Assembly: GCF_009914755.1 (NCBI RefSeq)
Contig: NC_060937.1
Strand: one strand, 5' to 3'
DNA length: 64,000 bases
DNA from: the human T2T-CHM13v2.0 reference genome, Homo sapiens
Shown here: positions 1 to 14,131 of the stretch, in pieces
How positions within the stretch are numbered: position 1 is the stretch's first letter
Layout: every line of letters starts with the position of its first letter
Program-made: the position numbers and the translations under genes
Notes under the pieces: model-generated
What the model was told of the DNA's origin: nothing
The model's input: the letters and a program-made list of their open reading frames with translations, nothing else
Database searches by the model: none

Positions 1-861
1 TAGCTGGCTGAGCTAAATTCTATCTGGAAAGGTTCAGAAGAGCAAACTGCTCAATCCACATAATGAACTAAGTATTCAGGGTGCATTTTATCTACAGCAG
101 TCACAATGGGGAACACCAGAGACAGTATAAACAGCTGGTCATTGGGCCCAGAGAGCAATAAAAACCTAGAACACCTGTTGTGTTTATGAAATGACACAAT
201 CCTTACCATGCCCTTTGCAAAACCTTCCCATTATTCCAAAGTGCCACCTTCAAGCCCTTAGCTGGTCCTATTCTGGATTACAATTTGTTCAAAGGACAAT
301 CATTTTTGGATCCAAAGCCATAACCAACTCTATACAATTCAATATTCCTCATCACTTCTCAGATCTGGATGCTTCTCATTTTTGACTGTCACAGTACAAA
401 AAGTCTCATTTGATGAGAGTGCCTATTTATCATCCAAAGATCTTCTCTCGGTACTTTAAGTGGTTCTCTATACCCTTCTCCACCCTAGAGTAAAGCTACA
501 TTTAGTAAGATTTTTATACTTTATGGGTTATAAAGGTATCTTTAAAGTACCTTTGCTTGAGATCCTGATAGAGCTGGGGGAGAGAGAAATACAAAATTAA
601 TTTCCTGGCAGAGTGTGCTAAAGCTGTAATGAAGAATGAATCAATGGATGATGACTGCATTAAAGACAAGTGGCCTGAGACCATGGTCTTATAACATTTT
701 TAAACACGTAAAAAGAATGTGTGAAATAGGACTATTAACAATGATAAAACCAAATTATTTGGTGATCGCAGCAGAAACAATGAAGCCACTTTAATATTCT
801 CAGGTGTAGGACCCACCGTCATTAAGCTGAGCACTCAAGTAGTCTGGCTTCACTTTTCCTT

Positions 862-1160
<299 letters not shown>

Positions 1161-1403
1161 TTATATCAGGAAGAAGGCCCTTACGTACTCTTGCTAGGTA
1201 CGCATTTAACATATCAAGAAAATCTTCATGCATTTGGTCCTACCTCCACCTATACCATTTTTTCTGGAGTAATAATTTTAGATGTTTTAAAATGTTTATT
1301 TAGAATAGTTATTAGTAATACATTTTATTTTAAATGTATAGCATTTTATTAAAGAGTGAAAAAGATATATAATAAACATAGTTTTGAATTCGAAATGTCT
1401 TAA

Positions 1404-1722
<319 letters not shown>

Positions 1723-2229
1723 CGAGAAGAAGCTTTCTATTTAGAATAACTTGAAGGTCCTGGATAGAGTATATTCTTTGTATAGTATTTCTCTAATTCT
1801 AGGTAAAGAAAGAATAACCCAGTGTTATTTCTAATTTATAAGGAAATTTGGTCACTGCTTTACCTTCAAAGCCTAGCAAATTGCATGTAACATATTAGGT
1901 ATTTAAAAAAAACACACAAAATATTTGTTTAGTGAATGAGTGAATAATCATAAAACACATTTGAAGCTAAAGAGAAATTAAAAGTCCTAGAATCTAGATA
2001 CCCTTCCCTGTGTTACGGATTATGAAACTGTGTCCTAGAATGTATTCGTCTCAAAATCATCAGCCTAATGAATAGTAGGATTAAAACCAGAAGCAAAGTT
2101 GTCAAGGACAGTATTAATTTCATGATACCAGGTGCTCTCACTGTTTCTAACCAAATTTCTCTAGTAACTACTATTTGATTAGATAACAAAACTACCTTTT
2201 TTGCAGGTCAAATGCAGTCAAATATGCAG

Positions 2230-2780
2230 ACATACATAGGTAGATAGATCTAAATATGTAGATAATATATATCGATACGCTAGATTATATATATATAAAA
2301 TATCTAATATATATCTAATATATCTAGCATATCTATATATCTAATATAGAGGGATATACTAGATATCTTACATATATAGTATATATAGATATCTATAGAT
2401 ATACTAGATATCGTATCTAATATATATATAGTATATCTATGTATTAAATATCTAATATATGTACCTATATAGGTAGATAGACCTATTACATAGATATAGT
2501 AGATATCTAATATATACATAGCTGTAATAGATATCCATATATATCTAACATATCTATTTATTGCATACATATCTAATATATATCAAATAAATATATAGTT
2601 ATATATTAGATATCTACTATTTCTACATAAATAGGTCTATCTACCTACACATATATATTAGATATCTAATATATATATAATCTACATATATTTATGTATG
2701 TGCAGATATACATGTGTACATAAATTCACCTCTATGTAGCTATGTATATCTATACATGTATATGCACACACACATATATC
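2230..2780. repeat. TA-rich low-complexity repeat containing an inverted repeat
   Basis: Reiterated tatatc/tagata/atatctaat units. Inverted arms lie at about 2443-2516 and 2600-2670. Confidence 0.9.
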
Positions 2781-5749
2781 TTAGAAGTATTTTTTCCATC
2801 TGAATTATGAAATTTAGAGAACAAAGGGAAAACATATTCCTTTCTTTGCACTTTCTTTTCGATTTATTCTAATTCATTAAAAATGTATTAAGTGAGTATT
2901 AGGTCATATGAGAAAGACTAAGTTGTATGCTTTATATTTAGCATCTGCCTGTAAGAATTTTCTTCTCCTTTAAGTGACACCATTGTTACTTCTCTCCAAA
3001 TCCTTCTTCTTTCTTAAGAAATTAGATCTTTCCTTGAAAATTGTTTCCTCTTATTATAGTACTTACATATCAAATTTGTTCTTTAAAAATATAAATTTAA
3101 AATGTTAATCTGTACTATTTTCATATAAAGTGGTTTTTAAAACACTTTACTATTCCTAAGGGAAAGATCTTAGTTTAGTAGACAAAAACATTAACAAATT
3201 AATTTTATTTATTAGCTAGTATTTTTAGGCATTCTGTCACTATAAAGATGGCAAATTGAAATATCTATGTATTGCAAAGTTTCTCATTTGCTAGGAGAAA
3301 TGGAGGAGGGCCTTAAATTAATATGAAATCTCCCTAATTTTTATGCTACTTAAAACTACTTGGAAAATCTACCTTGCACCCTGTCTCCTCACAGTTTGGG
3401 ATGGGTCAGTCTTATTATGCTTAAGGAGAACTTTCACACATGACTGTGACATGCATTTCAAAAGCCCCAAAATATATAGTTTTTGGGAAACATAAACTTT
3501 ATTAGGAAACTTAATAGAGGGATTAGAAAATATTGACAAAAAAGGAAGTTGTTGAAAATTAACAAAGGATCTTCAAGATAAATGAGCACATGTATGAATT
3601 ATGTAAATAAGGTGAGGTCTAGAATAAAGAAAAATGTATGATTTGCAGTATATTTTTTTCTTTAAACTTTAATCTATGACTTTGAGAAGAATGGAAAAGT
3701 TGAATCAAGTGTATCTGCAAGCCTTCCTGAACAAAGAGACTCCAAATGCCATAATATTAAATAACTGCAGAAATGGCATAGCTGTTATACAAACATAGTT
3801 TTTGTCTTATTATCTAAGCTTGTATATGTCAATGCTAGAAGCTAAAAAATTCCAGATTAGTAACCTATAATGTGGAATATATTCACTCGTAAGTGGTAAT
3901 TCCTTCAGGGCAACAACCTGCATTATTTGTAGTTTAATTTTCTATAATCACCATATTACCTCATAGAAGTGTTACAAAGTATGACTAATTAATGATTATA
4001 AAGCATTTTAAAAATTCATTGTGTTATATTAATGCTAAGTAACAATGATAACAACAATGCCAAATGTGTTGTACACCAATGGCCCCTTACAAATAAAAAA
4101 ACATATTAAATAAACATTTAATTTCTCATTGCTGGAAACATTATTTGTTGTAAATTAGCACAGTTTTATATTTATAGTTTACAGATCTAAAAAAAGACAA
4201 TATTCAACTAATGATTCTATTTCAGTCGCAGAAATCAGGTACTAGAAAATATCTCTCAAATTAGAGGATAAGAAGAGGTTTAAACACCTAAATGTGATTT
4301 TTTTATATTCGAAGCTCAAAATATTTCCAATAGAAGAAAATTACACACTTGATTACATACATCTACTTGTACAACCATGCATTTGCTTAATTCAAATGAT
4401 ATCTACATTAGTGATAATATCAGAATCAAATTTGCTACATTTTCAGTGTTCTGAGACCCCTCTAAAATTGTCTATAATTACTATCTAACATGTTATAAGA
4501 CCTGATTATGAAATCATGTGATCTGTTAATTATTAAATTATGGTCAAGCACATGGATTACATTTATATTCTCTGAATAATAAGCAGAACATATATAGTAA
4601 TTTTTCAAAACTTTCATTATCACTGGCAGAAAAATATACTCCCTATTATGCCAGGACATGGGAAGTTTGCTATGCATTCTTCTTTGTAGCACTCTACATG
4701 TTCTTATTTGGGTATGCATACATCTAGTATTGAGCCTATGTATTTCAGGAACAAACCAACCAGCAAAGAGAAGTGGAGAGTTGGATGCTGGGAGTAAGAG
4801 CAGTTTGGTAGAAAGGTTCTGTTCTGTTAAACCAACCAACATTTTCCATTGCCCTAGCCATAATCATCAATTCCACTGTGGGAGAATACAGTGCTGTACT
4901 TTGTATAGCTAGGTCTGAAGTGCTTTTTTCTCACCTACAAGGAGATGAAGACACTCACTGTTAGCCATAATCACTTTTAACCATGAGGGAGGTCAGCCTA
5001 AAGACAAACAAAAAGGACAAAAGTGAAGAAACAGTAAAGAAACGGAGAAGGATCCTTGATAAAACCAGGTCTCAAGCCTTTCTTACCTCTAAACTACTCA
5101 GCTACATGACCTGATACATCTCCTCTATTTGAGATGAATTTCATCTTAGATATATTTTATCCAGTTTAATTACTAATTCTCAAGTATATTTTAAAAATTA
5201 TCACTTGTCACATTAACTGGATATTTATAACAGCATTTCTTCTACAGTGGTGTAAATTGATGATTGTATATGAAAGTCATTCACACACACACATTTCAAA
5301 TACTATGTATGTTTTCATTGTAAAAAATTTATATATTTTTATTTTTAAGTTATTTCTATGATGAAGTTTTCTCCAGTTCAGAGATTCTTTTCTTCTCCTG
5401 CTTTTTTCATGATTTTTTTTTCAAGCATTATTTTTTTTTTAGTCTATGCTACTTCTCTGCAATATGACTGACTAAAACGTTTTAGGAGATAGGTCAAAAA
5501 CTCAGAGCCTTGTAAACTCTTCCATTTCTCTCTAGGTCACTGAATGTCTTCCTTACCACTGAAGTATACACAACTTGGAAAAAAATAGAATTTTTATGTA
5601 GACAGGTGGAAACAAATATTAAATACATTGATAGATTTGATAGATGTTTGAGAATACATATTATATGTCTATGCCAATATGGCTATATTATCATTATATC
5701 ATTTTACTATGTCCCTTGTAAAGATGCTACCCTGATACCTACCATTCTT

Positions 5750-6402
5750 TAAACTCCATATGAAATACCGTACTCCTTAAGTGTGGGTTGCTTGGTGGCT
5801 TATTTGCAAAGAGTAATATAGAGAATAATTTCACAGTGGAGCGACCTGGAATAGACTGCCTTAGCTAGGTGATCATGATTAGCATCAACACTGATTAAGT
5901 CATTGATTCATGTATTATTGCTATGATCTGATGAGAATGGAACTTACCACTGCAGTCTTCCAAACAAAACTCCATAACTCTAGTCCAATCATGAGAGACA
6001 CATTAGACAAATCCCAATTAAAGGTTGCTACAAAATATCTGACCAGTATTCCTCAAAACTGTCAGTGTCATCAAAAACAAAGGGATATATGAAGTTCTTA
6101 CAGTCAAAAGGAACCTAAAGAAACATAACAACTAAATGCAATATAGTATTCTAAAGAGGATCACGGAACAGGGGGAAAAACACATTAGGTAAAACTAAAA
6201 AAATCTAAAAAAAAAAAGAGTATGGGCCTTAGTTAGTAATAATGTATCAATACTGATTCATTAACTATGACAATATTAGTACAAATATACTAATGTATAT
6301 TGTAAATAATATAGGAAACTGAGTATGAGGTATATGGGAACTCTCTGTTCTATATTCCCACTTTCTGGGAAACCAAAAGTATTTTAAAATAAAAAGCTTA
6401 TT
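5750..6402 (+). mobile_element. Old L1 3' UTR fragment (L1MC/L1MD-like)
   Basis: Motifs tccttaagtgtggg, gtcatcaaaaacaa, aactaaatgcaat and gaggtatatgggaactctctg...aaaataaaaag are typical of L1MC/MD 3' ends. Boundaries approximate. Confidence 0.75.
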
Positions 6403-7309
6403 AGTTTATAGTTTAAAGAATAAAGTATATATAAGATTCTTGAGCTGGCCTAGCTTAGCAAATTATTTTCCTTTGACCCATGACACTAAGTCCCAAACTA
6501 AAAACAGGTGAAGTGACACCCTGGAGCATTTTCTACACCCATGACATTGAACTCTTGAGCTTCTACATATAGGTAGGGAAACAAAACACACAAAAAGGAA
6601 AGAAAAACAAGGAAAAAGAAGGCTTGCTCTCTGGCTTTTTTAACTATCAACTTGTTGGCTTGTCACAAGCCGGAGAGCTGTTGTGCAAGTGTGAAGAGCC
6701 CAGGAAGAAGCAAAGGCCAAGAGAACACTTGCCCCAGTCCATTTCTGTTTACTTGTTCCAGTCCCCACATTTCTTTTCCTTTGTTTTTTGCTTCTAAGCA
6801 CCCCAGAATCATTGGTGTCCCTCTATATTATAACTTCTTCCCCTAAATACTGAAATACTCACACAGCATTTATTGCATGTTACTTAATCAACAAATACAT
6901 TTGAAATAGCATAGATATTGTTAATACAAGTTATAATATATTTTAAAGAGCTAGTAGAGTGTGGTCATAATTTTAGGACATGGTTAGTTACATATGACAT
7001 GATCTTTAACAATAGGTCTTATTTATAACTTTAAGGGAAATTATAGTGAGAGAAATATGAGACATATTCTCTTGTTTGTAACTTCATTGCCATCAAATGT
7101 TGACTTCTATACTAATGCATATGTAGGAGGTATGTATCTTGTGACAAGGTTTTACTACAACATGTCTTTTGTTACATTATTTAGTGTAAACTTGTCTCTA
7201 GTTAATAATTTTTTCCCATGTAAATGCACACTCATCTTCATGTTGCCCTTTCATCCAGTCTCATTATCATTTTTACATTGCTAAGACTTCAAATATAAAG
7301 TTACAGGTG

Positions 7310-7620
7310 GATAGCTATCTGTTGCCATGTAGTGAATCACCGCAAACTTAAAGACTTCATACAACATATATTTGTTATCTCATATTTCTGTGGTCAGGAG
7401 TCCAGGTATGACTTACCTGACTGGTTAGGGTCTCAAAAGGCTATAATCAAGGTATTTGACAGGCTGTGTTTTCATCTGATGGCTTGACTGAGGATGATTC
7501 CATATCCAAATTTCCTCACAGTGTTGGTAGAATTTATTTCCTTGTGGCCATTCAGCTGAGGGCCTGCCTTCTTGCTGGCTGTTGGTAAGAGGTCATCCTC
7601 AATCAATTCTGAGCAGCTGT
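7310..7620 (-). mobile_element. MLT1 (MaLR) LTR fragment
   Basis: aacatatatttgttatctcatatttctgtggtcaggagtccagg...aatcaaggt...catctgatggcttgactg matches the MLT1 reverse strand. Boundaries approximate. Confidence 0.7.
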
Positions 7621-10600
7621 CTATAATTTTTAGAGGCAATGTCACAAGTGATTGAAGTAGAAAACTATCCTTTCACTGACTCTAGTTACTAGCAATGATG
7701 TATCTGATAGAAATTTCTAGCTGAAGAGCAAGAAAAAGCAGATGTTAAGAAAGTATCATCTATTATATACTCTGACAATTAAAAATATTTTCAATTCTTT
7801 TGTGTTAGTCCACAAGACAGCTGAAAAAAAGGAAGGTGGAAAACACATACATGTAACCCAAAGGATGTCAGCAATTAGAGAACTTTGCTTCTGTGTCACA
7901 GATGGCAGATAAATGTGACATCAATACAAATTTTTGACATATTTTAGCTATGTAAATACCTATTTTTTAAAAAACAGGACAGAGATTACTATTTAATAAT
8001 TTTGATTCCTATATGCCAAATTAAGATTTAAGGTCTAAGTTGACCACACAGGTCAATCTTTTTCACTCCCATTTTTCACTGCTGAAATGAACAGTGTAGA
8101 ACTGAAAATGAAAGAAGCAAAAAGAACTGTGTTTATGAGCTTACAATTTTTGAGGAGAGTGCTTTTAAGAGACTTCAGAATGAAGTCACTGAGCAATATT
8201 ACAACCATATTTTGAAAACCCTTAAAATGAACTGTTTGCAATGCTCTCATAAATGCTCTCTTCTGAGCTCAACCATTTCTGTTTTCTTTCTGCCCATGTG
8301 CTTGAATGTTGCCCTAGAGGCTAAGGAATATCAGTCATAAGCACTAGAGTCAGACTGTGGCCAGAGTTGATACCAATGTACAAATCTATCTTTCTCCATT
8401 TGAACAGCCTGCTAAGTTCTGCATGCAGCCTCTGGCTTTGAATGGTTTTTTAACTCTTCTGTAATGTATACTCTGAAAATATAAGGGCTATATTATTTTT
8501 TATCTCTCTACCCACTGGCCTTTTTTCCCTTCTATTCTCTCATTTGAATGTCCAGTTTAGATCTAATGAATCTGATGATTACCTCAAATTCCCTAACGTG
8601 AGTGTCTCCAACAATATCATGGTTCCAAGACATCTTTGTCTTCTTCTTCAATTACACAAATGACGTATTACGAAATAGAGCAAGAGAGCAAACAATAGCA
8701 ATTTAATTTTAGAATAAAAGTATTGTCCAGGTTTCTCTACAGCCTGTGTTTAATCAATAACTTTAAAATAAAATAGGAGTAATAGGAGAATAAAGGCATA
8801 TGATAAAGCACAAATTTCGGGTACAGAATAAAGTTCTCTCAAAGCCTTTGGCTCGGAAAAAAAAAGATAAGAATAATATCAATGATGTTGCTGACATTTT
8901 CTCTACTTTCCCTCACTGTCCACTGTTGTCTCTTCACCCTTCTAGACTGTCTTAACTATTTCAGAGGATTAAACCTAGCTGTTATACAAAAGCACATCCA
9001 GCAGACTTGGTTTTTAACCGAAAACTAAAATTGGGCAATTTTGCTACTTATGTCCACCCAAGTGTTAAATGATGTATCAGCAAAATAACCATTTGTAAAC
9101 TCCCCCTTCTGTAAATGAACATTTAGAAATGCCGTGTCAAAGACAGTTCAGTTCTACTTTTTAAAAGGGCATATCCTGTTCATAAACATAGACGCCTATT
9201 CTTACTCATATCAGAATACAGACCATTACCACTGAATTGGAGCTACAGCCACACTCATAAAATAAAACTAGTGATAGTTTCTCTACTAAGAAACCAACCA
9301 CACATATAAATTCATACACATTATGTGGTTCTGGTGTCTGCCATCTGCAGCACATAAGCAACTTCCCCTAATTACTGACATCTCTCTACGAAGGCCCATG
9401 TTCTCTATGTGTGTTTTCCACTTCCCTTTTCATCAGCTCCCTTGTGGACCAAAAGCACCACTTCTGCCAGGTGAGCTTAACAGATGTCATCTTCTGATCT
9501 TGCCAGTAAAAGGTCTGTTGCTTTGTTTTTAGTTGGGATTATTTCTTGTTAGATTGTACAATGATTGTGCTTTTCAAACTGAGCCACCAGCTTGTAGCCC
9601 ATGTTTCAGCATACGATCTTTATCAGAATTAGAAATTATAGTCTCAGAACACCTATGGCACACCCATAAGAGGTATATAAAGCATGCCAAAAAAAACCCC
9701 ATGAAAACAGTGATGAATGAAGAATATGATGGGGCCAGATACCAAGAAATGAGAGCAAGCAGTACTCACACCTAGTGTGTGTGCAAGAGGTAACACCTAG
9801 GGATAACTCCCGGGTCAAGGCTAACAGGCATGAGGAAGAAAGCAAGGTATGTAAACTTGGAAGATGACAAAACATTTTCATAGAATATGTTTCTTTCCCG
9901 CAATTTTTCTTTGAAAATTCCAGGTTCTGCCCCTGTATGTTAGCCTTTTTTTAAAAAAACAAACAAACAAACAAAAATCCTAGTATCTGAGGCCACTGTT
10001 TCTGTCAATGAAGACTATGTTCCACTATGTACTTCCTCAAATTAACCCAATTCTTTGATGTCTACCTATATTTTTACTGGCATCTCCTTCCTGTAATAAG
10101 CATTGATTTCCTTCATTTCTACATTACCATCGTGCTTATGTTCTTTATCTTACAAAGCTAAACTTTACTCAGTCATTCCACAAATATTTACAAAGCTTAC
10201 AGCATGTCCCAGTTGTCCTTGACATATGTTAGCTTTTTTCTTCTACTTAAATATAAACACTTCAAGAATAGGTATTTTGCGAGATAAACGTGTTTTCATC
10301 TCTCCTGTATTCTTTAGTATAGTATAGGACACAGAGTTGAAATTTAGTATGCACTTTTTAAGAAAAAGATATGGTGGTATTACATGTAGAAAAACAGATG
10401 TAAGTATTACAATTAAAACCAAATATGGACTAAGCATATTCGCTTTATATATTGAAAGTCAGTAGGTAAAATCAGCAACAAATTTGCTGGTGAAATTGCA
10501 AATTAGGTCATGAACTGGGGCTATAATGTTTGGTATGCTAAAAAGGGAACAGATTTAAAAATCTGTCAGAGTAGAATGGTTAGGATCATAACTGTTTGGA

Positions 10601-11090
10601 AACAAGAAGTGAAATTAAGATAAGCTTTTATAGCATGGCTTCTAGGCTGAGGGATGGATGACTGAACAAATGGTAGTATCATGAATCAAAAGAATGGTTT
10701 TTGTTGTTGTTTTTTGTTTGTTTTTGGTTATCCTCTATCTCCCACACTAGGCTTACTTTCAGCTTCTGTACCTAAGTCTGATTTCCTGCCAATTTTACTA
10801 TCCAAGATGGATAAACTTTTTAGTTCACAAATTTTTTTTGACAAATAACAAAACAGAAACCAAATGAGCACAAAGATGGATAAGACCCAGCTGTTAATTT
10901 AGTTAGGCAGATAGTATACAAGCTGGGGAAACTGACATCTGAATTGAGTGTTAAAGAACACACAGGATTGGACTGAATAGTGGATATTCTAAAAGCTAAA
11001 GGAAACTGCCTATTCAAGCCCTTGGAGCTCAGAAAGGACACATTACCTTGAGGGAAATTCCCGGATTTCAGCCTTGGATTGCTTTTCCAT

Positions 11091-11393
<303 letters not shown>

Positions 11394-11636
11394 TGCTTTT
11401 CCATCCTTCTGTAAGCAACTGGACCATGCTCAGCTATGTCTTAGGGTGTAGTGTGCTTTATATATAATAATAAATGTAAGGAATACTAAATTTAGAAAAA
11501 AAAATCAACTCAAGGTATCAAACTTTCAAATGTCAAGAAGATAAGACCATGATTTGGGTTTGAGTTTTGGTTTCATTTCTCCCTTTTACACTGTGTGTAG
11601 ATAAAATCATAATAATGACACATAACTTTTACTTTT

Positions 11637-11926
11637 TCTTTTTTTTTTGAGACAGCATCTTGCTCTGTCGCCCATGCTGGAATGCAGTGGAGCCATCTCT
11701 GCTCACTGCAACCTCTGCTCCCTGGGTTCAAGCAATTCTGCTTCAGTTTCCGGAGTAGCTGGGATTAGAGGTATGCACCACCATGTCTGACTAATTTTTT
11801 GTATTTTAGTAGAGACAGGGTTTCACTGTGTTGCCCAGGCTGGTTCCGAACTCCTAAGCTCAGGCAATCCAACCACCTCATCCTCCCAAAGTGCTAGGAT
11901 TACAGGCGTGAGCCACTGCGCCCATC
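11637..11926 (-). mobile_element. Alu (old S/J)
   Basis: Dimeric Alu reverse complement. TSD aacttttactttt at 11624-11636 and 11928-11940. Confidence 0.92.
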
Positions 11927-12033
11927 AAACTTTTACTTTTGCAAAGTCTCTTTAGAAAATATGCCATCAACACAGGTCAAAACAGTTTGATAAAGATTAC
12001 TTAGTGTTTTAAAAACTACAGCATACTATTAGC

Positions 12034-12467
12034 TTTCATGCGCGTCCCTGTGAAGAGACCACCAAACAGGCTTTGTGTGAGCAATAAAGCTGTTTATTTC
12101 ACCTGGGTGCAGGTAGACTGAGTCCGAAAAGAGAGTCAGCAAAGGGAGATAGGGGTGGGGCCGTTTTATAGGATTTGGGAAGGTAATGGAAAATTACAGT
12201 CAAAGGGGGTTGTTCTCTGGTGGGCAGGGGTGGGGGTCACAAGGTGCTCAGTGGGGGAGCTTCTGAGCCAGGAGAAGGAAATTCGCAGGGTTAATCACTC
12301 AGTTAAGGTGGGGCAGGAACAAATCACAATGGTGGAATGTCATCAGTTAAGGCGGGGCAGGGCATATTCGCTTCTTTTGTGATTCTTCAGTTACTTCAGG
12401 CCATCTGGGCATATACGTGCAAGTCACAGGGGATGCGATGGCTTGGCTTGGGCTCAGAGGCCTGACA
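12034..12467 (-). mobile_element. HERV-H 3' LTR (LTR7)
   Basis: Minus strand begins tgtcaggcctctgagcccaagc and ends gcgcatgaaa. Preceded by PPT aagaaggcaggaa (12468-12480). AATAAA on minus at 12093-12098. Confidence 0.97.
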
Positions 12468-13057
12468 TTCCTGCCTTCTTATATTAATAAGAAAAATAAA
12501 ACAAAATGGTGTTGAAGTGTTGGGGCGGCGAAAATTTTTGGGGGGTGGTATGGAGAGAGAATGGGTGATGTTTCTCAGGGCTGCTTCAAGCGGGATTAGG
12601 GGCGGCGTGGGAACCTAGAGTGGGAGAGATTAAGCTGAAGGGAGGTCTTGTGGTAAGGGGTGATATTGTGGGGATGTTAGAAGAAACATTTGTCGTATAG
12701 AATGATTGGTGATGGCCTGGATACAGTTTTGGATGAATTGAGAAACTAAATGGAATAACAGAAGGAGAAAAACAGGTATAAAAGGTCTAAGAATTGGGAC
12801 GACTCAGGATATCTGATTAGAGAGTGCCTAAGGAGATTCAGCATAGTCCTGCCAGCAAAGATTATTTATTTACCTCAAGAGTTAAGAGTGATAGTTTGGG
12901 GATAGCACCAGGAGATATCAGCTGTGATGGCTTGGAAAAACAGTGTAAACTGGCAGTGTAAACAAGAGCAGGGCATCTATGAGTAGTTGAGAATGGTGAA
13001 TAGGAGTATGACTAGACAGAAGATAGTAGGGATGACAAGTTTTTTTGCGGGCACAGT

Positions 13058-14131
13058 CTAAGTTGGTCTGGTGTCTGGAATGAGATTGGGGCCTAATAAA
13101 AAGGAGCGTCTATACAGGAGCTCAAATGGGCTGTACCCTGTAGCATTCCGAGGACAGGCCTGAATTCTGAGAAGGAAAAGTGGTAAAAGTATTGTCCAGT
13201 CCTTTTTAAATTGGTGGCTGAGCTTGGTGAGATGTGTTTTTAAAAGACCTTTAGTCAATTCTACTTTTCTTGAAGATGGAGGACCGTAAGGGATATAAAG
13301 GTTTCACTGAATACTAAGAGCCTGAAAAACTGCTTGGCTGATTTGACTAATAAAGGCTCATCTGTTAACAGACTGTATAGAGGTGGGAAGGCTAAACTGA
13401 GGAATTGTGTCTGACAGAAGGAAAGAATGACTGCGGTGGCCTTCTCAGACCCTGTAGGAAAGGACTCTACCTATCCAGTGAAAGTGTCTACCTAGACTAA
13501 GAGGTATTTTAGTTATCTGACTCAGGGCATGTTGAGTAAAGCTAATTTGCCAGTCCTGGGTGGGGCAAATCCTCCAGCTTGATGTGTAGGGAAGGGAGGG
13601 GGCCTGAATAATCCATGAGGAGTAGTAAAATAGCAGATGGAACACTGAGAAGTTATTTCCTTGAGGACAGATTTCCACAATGGAAAGGAAATGAGAGGTT
13701 CTAAGAGGCGGGCTAGTGGCTTGTACTATAGCGTAACCTGCCTTTGCTGGTGTGTGGCGATTAGACCTGGTGGAACCGCCATCAATAAATCAAGCGTGAT
13801 CAGGGTGAGGAACAGGAAAGAAGGAAATTTGGAGAAATGGGGTGAACATCAGGTGAATCAGAGAGATACAGTCATGGGGGTCAGGTGTGGTATCAGGAAT
13901 AATGTGGGAGGCCAGATTGAAGTCTGGGCCAGGAACAACGGTAATTGTGGGAGACTCAACAAAGAGAGAGTATAGCTGAAGGAGCCGGGAAACAGAAAGT
14001 ATATGTGTCAGGTATGAGGAAGAAAATAGATTTTGGAAGTTATGAGAACTGTAGAGAGTGAGTTGAGCATAGTTTGTGATTTTGAGGGCCTCTAAAGTAT
14101 TAATGCAGTGGCAGCTGCTGCACGCAGACAT
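13058..14131 (-). pseudogene. HERV-H pol remnants (RNase H-proximal region and integrase), fragmented
   Basis: ORF 13058-13258 (WTILLPLFLLRIQACPRNATGYSPFELLY) is a gammaretroviral integrase core end. ORF 13790-14131 (NYAQLTLYSSHNFQNL...LFVESPTITVVPGPDFNLASHI) is HERV-H pol. Frames are broken. Confidence 0.85.

Noticed and set aside
2304-2570. Y/I/D-rich 88-aa ORF
   Set aside because: Translation of the TA-rich repeat.
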